A stretch of 64,000 bases of DNA, taken from Eledone cirrhosa. Its lineage: Eukaryota. Positions 55,640 through 64,000 of this stretch are shown piece by piece. The notes beneath the pieces are model-generated. The model made no database searches and was not told the origin of the DNA. It worked only from the letters and a program-made list of their open reading frames with translations. Position 1 is the first letter of the stretch; every line of letters begins with the position of its first letter. The translations under genes were made by a program, and so were the position numbers. Where the stretch lies: assembly GCA_964016885.1 (NCBI GenBank), contig OZ024751.1:35278001-35342000 (forward strand), given 5' to 3'.

Positions 55640-55952
55640 ACCTGATATTGTCGAGTGTGATAACAACACTCCAGAGGTACTGTGGAGTGTGATAACAACA
55701 CTCCAGATATAATGTGGAGTGTGATAACACTCCAGAAGTAGTGTGGAGTGTGATAACAACACTCCAGATATAATGTGTAGTGTGATAACAACACTCCAAA
55801 TATATTGTTGAGTGTGATAAAAACACTCCAGAGATAGTGTGGAGTGTGATAACAACACTCCAGATATAATGTGGAGTGTGATAACAACACTCCAGATATA
55901 TTGTTGAGTGTGATAAAAACACTCCAGGGGTAGCGTGGAGTGTGATAACACT
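55640..55952. repeat. 32-bp minisatellite, about 10 units, hairpin core with variable linker
   Basis: tggagtgt-gataaca-acactcca core plus a variable linker of about 9 nt. Confidence 0.9.
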
Positions 55953-55997
55953 AGATCTGTTCCTAATGTATAACACACCAAAGAAGGAACACCTTAC

Positions 55998-56342
55998 CTT
56001 TGGTCTGGGAGTTCAAAATCCTGAACTTCTTCCACTGAAATCACAAGAGGGGTTTCATTGGAATTTTGGATCTTGGTAGAGCTAAGCTGTTGTTGTTGTT
56101 GATGTTGTTGTTGTTGCTGTTGTTGTTGTTGTTGTTGCTGTTGTTGTTGTAGCTGTTGTTGTTCAAGTTGTTGAAGTTGTTGTAGTTGTTGATGAAGTTG
56201 TTGTTGCTGTTGCTGTTGTTCGAGTTGTTGTTGTTGTTGTAACTGTTGTTGTTGTTGTAGATGCAGTTGTTGTTGTTGTTGTTGTTGTTGTTGCTGTGTC
56301 TCTTGCTGCTGCTGTTGTTGTTGTTGATGTTGTTGTTGATGC

Positions 56343-56377
<35 letters not shown>

Positions 56378-56480
56378 ATGCTGTTGATGTTGTTGTTGTT
56401 GGTCTTCTGCTAACTCTTGACCAGTTATTTCACTAAGCCCAATACTGACTGAAGGACTTCTCAGAAGCTGGCTTTCATCT
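55998..56480 (-). CDS. BTB/POZ-domain polyQ protein, glutamine-rich exon
   Basis: tttttctctcaag|A GAT GAA ... CAA AG|gtaagg; 483 nt, phase 2-2. About 105-codon Q-rich tract with in-frame H/L/E interruptions. Confidence 0.85.
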
Positions 56481-56518
56481 CTTGAGAGAAAAATACAGAA
56501 ACAAACCACATAAATATC

Positions 56519-56559
<41 letters not shown>

Positions 56560-56696
56560 CCAAAGTTTATATGGTTCGTTGATTATTCAACGAATACAAT
56601 TTTACAATAGATTAGAAGCACTCGACAGTAATTTTTCTGGAGTATATATTATTCAAAATATTAATAAATGAAAAATATTCTCATAACCAAAATATA

Positions 56697-56759
56697 TATT
56701 TTATTATACGTATTTCAAAGGTACAATGGTGTTTAAGTACATTTTCAGCAGATAAAACA
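56697..56759 (-). ncRNA. Degenerate hammerhead motif (family A; core CTGCTGA)
   Basis: Minus strand: tgttttat-CTGCTGA-aaatgtac...gtaccttt-GAAA-tacgta-TA-ataaaata. The core is mutated, so it is probably inactive. Confidence 0.55.
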
Positions 56760-56792
56760 TATAAGAGATTGTATATGTGACATACCGCTACA

Positions 56793-56845
56793 GTTTTGAT
56801 TATTCAATTCCAATAGTGCCACTATTGGAATTGAATAATCAAAAC
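56793..56845. repeat. Perfect hairpin, 26-bp arms, 1-nt loop
   Basis: gttttgattattcaattccaatagtg-c-cactattggaattgaataatcaaaac. Confidence 0.9.
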
Positions 56846-56913
56846 CGGAGCAGTATATATATATATGTGTGTGTCTGTGTGTACATATGTATATATATAT
56901 ATATATATATGTC

Positions 56914-57807
56914 CTCCTCTTTCAATCTTTTCTACATTTCACCTGTCACCCACCTTGTGGATTGTCTCTGTTGACCACTGGCCACTGGTCTCTGTCTTCT
57001 GTTGACCACTGGCCACTGGTCTCTGTCTTCTGTTGACCACTGGCCACTGGTCTCTGTCCTCTGTTGACCACTGGCCACTGGTCTCTGTCTTCTGTTGACC
57101 ACTGGCCACTGGTCTCTGTCTTCTGTTGGTCTCTGTCCTCTGTCGACCACTGGCCACTGGTCTCTGTCCTCTGTTGACCACTGGCCGCTGTCCTCTGAGA
57201 CATTTTTGCCAATCACTGTCATTTTAACAGCTGTTCTAGCGATGACAGAAACCAGCGGCCAGTGGTCAACAGAGGACAGAGACCAGTAGCCTGTGGTCAA
57301 CAGAGGGCAGAGACCAGCGGCCAGTGGTCAACTGAAGACAGAGACCAGCGGCCAGTGGTCAACAGAGGACAGATACCAGTGGGTAGTGGTCAACAGAGGA
57401 CAGAGACCAGTGGGTAGTGGTCAACAGAGGACAGAGACCAGTGGACAACAGAGGACAGAGACCAGCGGCCAGTGGTCAACAGAGGACAGAGAGCAGTGGC
57501 CAGTGGTCAACAGAGGACAGAGAGCAGTGGCCAGTGGTCAACAGAGGACAGAGACCAGTGGGTAGTGGTCAACAGAGGACAGAGACCAGTGGACAACAGA
57601 GGACAGAGACCAGCGGCCAGTGGTCAACAGAGGACAGAGACCAGTGGGTAGTGGTCAACAGAGGACAGAGACCAGTGGTCAACAGAGGACAGAGACCAGT
57701 GGCCAGTGGTCAACAGAGGACAGAGACCAGTGGCCAGTGGTCAACAGAGAGACAATCCACAAGGTGGGTGACAGGCAGATGAAATATAGAAAGGATTGAA
57801 AGAGAAG
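56914..57807. mobile_element. Foldback-type element: about 55-60-bp terminal inverted sequences plus inverted arrays of a 31-bp unit around a spacer of about 45 bp
   Basis: Left ctctttcaatc...cctgtcacccaccttgtggattgtctct mirrors right agagacaatccacaaggtgggtgacagg...gattgaaagag. Unit ctgttgaccactggccactggtctctgtcYt occurs at about 56968-57198 and its reverse complement at about 57244-57750. No clear TSD. Confidence 0.75.
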
Positions 57808-57829
57808 TGTGTTGGTGTACAGAGAAGTT

Positions 57830-58200
57830 CACACACACACACTTCACGACACACACACACTTCACGACACACACACTTCACGACACACACAGACTTCACA
57901 ACACACACACACTTCACGACACACACACTTCACGACACACACACACTTCACGACATACACACACTTCACGACACACACACTTCACGACACATACAGACTT
58001 CACAACACACACACACTTCACGACACACACACTTCACGACACACACACACACTTCACGACACACACAGACTTCACAACACACACACACACACTTCACAAC
58101 ACATACATACACACTTCACGACACACACACATACACACACACTTCACACCACACACACACTTCACAACACACACACATACACTTCACGACACACACACAC
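57830..58200. repeat. (CA)n-based minisatellite with cttcacga/cttcacaa punctuation
   Basis: Direct inspection. Confidence 0.9.
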
Positions 58201-58254
58201 ATCTTCAAAGACAATAATGTTTATTCAGGAATATGAATAAATAAATTTCAATAC

Positions 58255-58454
58255 CTTGGTTTCTCTGTAATTGGAGTGAAAGTCAGAGTGTTGTCTGGTG
58301 TTGTTGTTGTTGTTGCTGGACAAAGTGATGACAAAGTTGGTAAGTCAGAATCACTGGAATTGTTGGTTGTTTCCAAAGACCATCTTGGTACATCAGTAGA
58401 ATCAGGGGTTCTGGATTTCTTGTAAGACAAACAACTACTGAGCTCTGGGGACAC
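58255..58454 (-). CDS. BTB/POZ-domain polyQ protein, Ser/Thr-rich exon
   Basis: ccccctccgtttag|GTG TCC CCA ... CCA AG|gtattg; 200 nt, phase 0-2, compatible with both neighbours. Confidence 0.78.
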
Positions 58455-58584
58455 CTAAACGGAGGGGGTGGTAGACAAATGGTTTGTCAATAAATATATA
58501 TTTACAGGGGACAATAGGGAGCACAGGGGCTAAGAGCCTATGAGAGACAACTCTACCAATTTGCCGACTTCCTTCTTATAATAG

Positions 58585-58765
58585 AGTTTCTACTTTTGGC
58601 CCAAGGCCAGCAATTACCCCAGTTAATCACTGGTACTTTATTTTATCGACCTCGTAAGGATGAAAGGCAAAGTTAACCTCGGCGGATTTGAACTCAGAAC
58701 GCAAAGGGCCATAATTCTGCTGCAAAGCATGGTGTCTGACGCTCTACCGATACTGCCAAACCACT
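58585..58765 (-). mobile_element. Near full-length tRNA-derived SINE
   Basis: Reverse complement of the 32049-32232 family. Confidence 0.85.
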
Positions 58766-59534
58766 TCTTATAATAGGCTGGTTAAATAGATTCACCATCA
58801 CTAATTTGTGTAAGTTCATAAAATCATTTGAATAACAGGGGAGGTAAGTCTGTTAGGTCAATCAACTTCATTTAAGTAACCTAACTTGTTTTATGACTAT
58901 ACTTTATGTGACACAGATAATGTGACACGGGTAGTGTGATACAGGTAGTGTGACACAGGTAACGTGACACAGGTAATGTTTGATTCTTTGTTTATATTCT
59001 ACTCACCAATAGATAAAGCTTCAAAATGAAACGTGAGAGATCAGTCACACTTTGGTGTAATGGTAACCCAGCTATCCAGCATACAACAGGTGTGAGATCA
59101 ATTCTCACAGACAACGCTGTCCCCTATTTCTCTCTCTAGAGACATAAATGTCCAACTTCTTCGACTATTTTTCAGTCTATAAACATACATTGAAGTAGCT
59201 TCCTTTAAACAAACTTTCAAAATTCAAAATTTGCTCAAAACTTCATAAATATTCTTAGTTATAATTAAATTTTGTTCCCCATATTTCATGAAATTAAAAC
59301 TAACTTTGAAATTAAATATAATTATTAAGTCCAATAAAATAATTGTATATAAATAAAAACCTATAAATATATAAATATAAATAAATGAATATATATATAG
59401 AATGAAAATAAATATATAAAAAAATAAGCATCTTAAAGCTATTTTCCCATCTAAAGCAGAGATGAGCTGGACAAGTAACCTTTTTGAGTTACCTCATACA
59501 AGAGACAGAGATACAGTCTACCTGATATAGACAT

Positions 59535-61720
59535 GGGTACAAGTGTACTTATTGTATACCAGATATACACAGGGGTACAAGTGTACCTACTGTATACCAG
59601 ATATACACAGGGATACAGTGTACCTATTGTATACCAGATATACCCAGGGATACAGTGTACCTACTGTATACCAGATATACACAGGGGTTCAAGTGTACGT
59701 ATTGTATACCAGATATACACAGGGGTACAAGTGTACCTACTGTATACCAGATATACTCAGGGATACAGTGTACCTACTGTATACCAGATATACACAGGGG
59801 TACAAGTGTACCTACTGTATACCAGATATACACAGGGGTACAAGTGTACGTATTGTATACCAGATATACACAGGGATACAGTGTACCTACTGTATACCAG
59901 ATATACACAGGGGTTCAAGTGTACGTATTGTATACCAGATATACACAGGGGTACAAGTGTATCTACTGTATATCAGATATACACAGGGGTACAGTGTACC
60001 TATTGTATACCAGATATACACAGGGCTACAGTGTACCTACTGTATACCAGATATACACAGGGGTACAAGTGTACCTATTGTATACCAGATATACTCAGGG
60101 ATACAGTGTACCTACTGTATACCAGATATACCCAGGGGTACAAGTGTACCTACTGTATACCAGATATACACAGGGGTACAAGTGTACCTACTGTATACCA
60201 GATATACACAGGGGTACAAGTGTACCTACTGTATACCAGATATACACAGGGGTACAAGTGTACCTATTGTATACCAGATATACCCAGGGGTACAGTGTAG
60301 CTATTGTATACCAGATATACACAGGGGTACAAGTGTACCTACTGTATACCAGATATACACAGGGGTACAAGTGTACCTACTGTATACCAGATATACACAG
60401 GGGTACAAGTGTACCTACTGTATACCAGATATACCCAGGGGTACAGTGTAGCTATTGTATACCAGATATACCCAGGGGTACAAGTGTACCTACTGTATAC
60501 CAGATATACACAGGGGTACAAGTGTACCTACTGTATACCACATATACACAGGGGTACAAGTGTACCTACTGTATACCAGATATACACAAGGGTACAAGTG
60601 TACCTACTGTATACCAGATATACACAGGGGTACAAGTGTACCTATTGTATACCAGATATACCCAGGGGTACAGTGTAGCTATTGTATACCAGATATACAC
60701 AGGGGTACAAGTGTACCTACTGTATACCAGATATACACAGGGGTACAAGTGTACGTATTGTATACCAGATATACACAGGGATACAGTGTACCTACTGTAT
60801 ACCAGATATACACAGGGGTTCAAGTGTACCTACTGTATACCAGATATACACAGGGGTACAAGTGTACCTATTGTATACCAGATATACACAGGGGTACAAG
60901 TATACCTACTGTATACCAGATATACACAGGGGTACAAGTGTACCTACTGTATACCAGATATACACAGGGGTACAAGTGTACCTACTGTATACCAGATATA
61001 CACAGGGGTACAAGTGTACCTACTGTATACCAGATATACACAGGGGTACAAGTGTACCTACTGTATACCAGATATACACAGGGGTACAGTGTACCTATTG
61101 TATACCAGATATACACAGGGGTACAAGTGTACCTACTGTATACCAGATATACACAGGGGTACAAGTGTACCTATTGTATACCATATATACACAGGGGTAC
61201 AAGTGTACCTACTGTATACCAGATATACACAGGGGTACAAGTGTACCTATTGTATACCAGATATACACAGGGGTACAAGTGTACCTACTGTATACCAGAT
61301 ATACACAGGGGTACAAGTGTACCTATTGTATACCAGATATACACAGGGGTACAAGTGTACCTACTGTATACCAGATATACACAGGGGTACAAGTGTACCT
61401 ACTGTATACCAGATATACACAGGGGTACAAGTGTACCTACTGATACCAGATATACACAGGGGTAGAAGTGTACCTACTGTATACCAGATATACACAGGGG
61501 TACAGTGTACCTACTGTATACCAGATATACACAGGGGTAGAAGTGTACCTACTGTATACCAGATATACACAGGGGTACAGTGTACCTACTGTATACCAGA
61601 TAAACACAGGGGTTCAAGTGTACGTATTGTATACCAGATATACACAGGGGTACAGTGTACCTACTGTATACCAGATATACACAGGGGTACAGTGTACCTA
61701 CTGTATACCAGATATACACA
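59535..61720. repeat. About 2.2-kb intronic 37/38-bp minisatellite, about 58 units
   Basis: ggggtacaagtgtacctactgtataccagatatacaca, with a 37-bp variant lacking one A. Confidence 0.97.
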
Positions 61721-62076
61721 GTTTCAATATATATAAACAATAAACAAAGGAGTGGTTTGAGAAAAGAACAGAAGTTGAGAAATGTACATTTTCTCTGTTT
61801 CTTACATTTGTTAGAGAGGAAAAAAACGTTTCATTAACTCTTCATTGTTAAAAACGTTACAAGCTTTTCATTCATAAATTCCCACGTCTTTCTATCACTC
61901 TCTCTTTCTCCCTCTCCCTTTCACCCTCTCCCCCTCTCTCTCTCTCTATATATATATATATTAAAGAGTTAAACTAGATTCAATGAGTACATCAAAGAAT
62001 AAGTTTTACAGTAGATTGGAAGCACTCTACAAGAAATATTTTCCAGAGTTATTAATATTAAAATACAAATATTAAT

Positions 62077-62125
<49 letters not shown>

Positions 62126-62176
62126 GTTATATATATATATATATATATATATAATGTTATATATATATATATAATG

Positions 62177-62229
<53 letters not shown>

Positions 62230-62230
62230 G

Positions 62231-62303
<73 letters not shown>

Positions 62304-62374
62304 GTTATATATATATATATATATATATAATGTTATATATATATATATATATATAATGTTATATATATATAATG

Positions 62375-62413
<39 letters not shown>

Positions 62414-62414
62414 G

Positions 62415-62453
<39 letters not shown>

Positions 62454-63051
62454 AATAGATAGAAAGAAAGGGTGAAATGAAAACGTTTACAAACACAAGT
62501 ACTTGCTCTTCATTCAAAACTTCCTCTCTCTCTCTGTGTGTATCAAAAGACATACATATAGACAAACAGACAGACAGACAGACAGACAAATATAAAGGCA
62601 GAGAGACAGACAGACAGACAGGCAGGCAGACAGAGAGACAGACAGACAGACAGACAGGCAGACAGAGAGACAGACAGACAGACAGACAGGCAGGCAGACA
62701 GAGAGACAGACAGACAGACAGGCAGGCAGACAGAGAGACAGACAGACAGACAGGCAGGCAGACAGAGAGACAGACAGGCAGGTAAACAGAGAGACATAGA
62801 GACAGACAGACAGACAGGCAGGCAGACAGAGAGACAGAGACACAGACAGGCAGACAGGCAGACAGACAGACAGGCAGGTAGACAGAGAGACAGACAGACA
62901 GACAGACAGGCAGGCAGACAGACAGACAGACAGACAGACAGACAGGCAGACAGAGAGACAGACAGGCAGGCAGACAGAGAGACAGACAGGCAGGCAGACA
63001 GAGAGACAGACAGGCAGGTAGACAGACAGACATAAAGACAGGTAATCTTAC

Positions 63052-63178
63052 CTGAAAACCTAAATCAATCAAAGACTTCAAGAGAGTGGAGATATTGGGA
63101 TGAACTATAAAATGTTTGGAACTGAATTTCTGGTGATCAAACTTGGGTCCCTTGATGGGGTTAATATCAAAAATACAC
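63052..63178 (-). CDS. BTB/POZ-domain polyQ protein, most 5' exon visible (the gene continues beyond the window)
   Basis: (ttc)n-atctctttgacag|G TGT ATT ... TTT CAG|gtaaga; 127 nt, phase 2-0; CIFDINPIKGPKFDHQKFSSKHFIVHPNISTLLKSLIDLGFQ. Confidence 0.72.
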
Positions 63179-63338
63179 CTGTCAAAGAGATGAAGAAGAA
63201 GAAGAAGAAGAAGAGATGGTAATTTACTAATGTATTTAGGACACAATCATTGTCTAATATAGGACCCTGCATGGCTAACCCCTGTTTTAGCAGGGGAAAT
63301 GGTCTTAAAAGTGGGCCCATTACTAGAGTGGGCAGTGA

Positions 63339-64000
63339 CCACTAAACTACTGGGTACTTCCAGACATGGATATCTGGTGAGACATCTGACAAGGTAGGGG
63401 AGCTATACCTCCTTGTACCACACTAAACCACTGGGTACTTCCAGACATGGATATCTGGTGAGACATCTGACAAGGTAGGGGAGCTATACCTCCTTGTACC
63501 ACACTAAACCACTGGGTACTTCCAGACATGGATATCTGGTGAGACATCTGACAAGGTAGGGGAGCTATACCTCCTTGTACCACACTAAACCACTGGGTAC
63601 TTCCAGACATGGATATCTGGTGAGACATCTGACAAGGTAGGGGAGCTATACCTCCTTGTACCACACTAAACCACTGGGTACTTCCAGACATGGATATCTG
63701 GTGAGACATCTGACAAGGTAGGGGAGCTATACCTCCTTGTACCACACTAAACCACTGGGTACTTCCAGACATGGATATCTGGTGAGACATCTGACAAGGT
63801 AGGGGAGCTATACCTCCTTGTACCACACTAAACCACTGGGTACTTCCAGACATGGATATCTGGTGAGACATCTGACAAGGTAGGGGAGCTATACCTCCTT
63901 GTACCACACTAAACCACTGGGTACTTCCAGACATGGATATCTGGTGAGACATCTGACAAGGTAGGGGAGCTATATCTCCTTGTACCACACTAAACCACTG
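63339..64000. repeat. 81-bp tandem repeat, at least 8 near-identical units, running off the window
   Basis: 81-bp period (tgggtacttcc at 63351, 63432 and onward). Confidence 0.97.

Noticed and set aside
55640-55952. Palindromic repeat with variable linker as a mini-CRISPR
   Set aside because: Linkers are only about 9 nt and related to one another; it is an ordinary tandem repeat.
59535-61720. 37/38-bp array as a CRISPR array or as a 693-aa repeat protein
   Set aside because: Units are contiguous with no unique spacers, there are no cas genes, the context is a eukaryotic intron, and the period is not a multiple of 3.

Overview
This is an AT-rich, microsatellite-dense eukaryotic (animal) window. 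Repeat density and SINE motifs suggest an octopod cephalopod, but that is inference. Nearly all long ORFs in the supplied track are translated microsatellites. Two coding units look genuine, both on the minus strand: (i) six phase-compatible GT-AG exons (63178 down to 52407, 5' end outside the window, about 673 aa visible) encoding a polyQ, basic-helix and BTB/POZ protein; (ii) a single long exon/ORF (18308-17016) encoding a disordered polyQ protein with no domain I recognise. The rest is transposon debris sorted by microsatellite type. It includes Penelope-like terminal fragments between (TA)n runs carrying several families of minimal type I hammerhead ribozymes, often folded back into long palindromes at or beside the ribozyme core. 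It also includes Tx1/L1-type LINE 3' ends sitting in (GATA)n (four copies, three stacked) or (TAA)n, an R4/Dong-like and an RTE LINE 3' end, about 20 tRNA-derived SINE pieces, small DNA-transposon remnants, a foldback element built from inverted minisatellite arrays, and many VNTRs. There is no CRISPR array or rRNA. All calls were made by eye; no database search or folding program was run.
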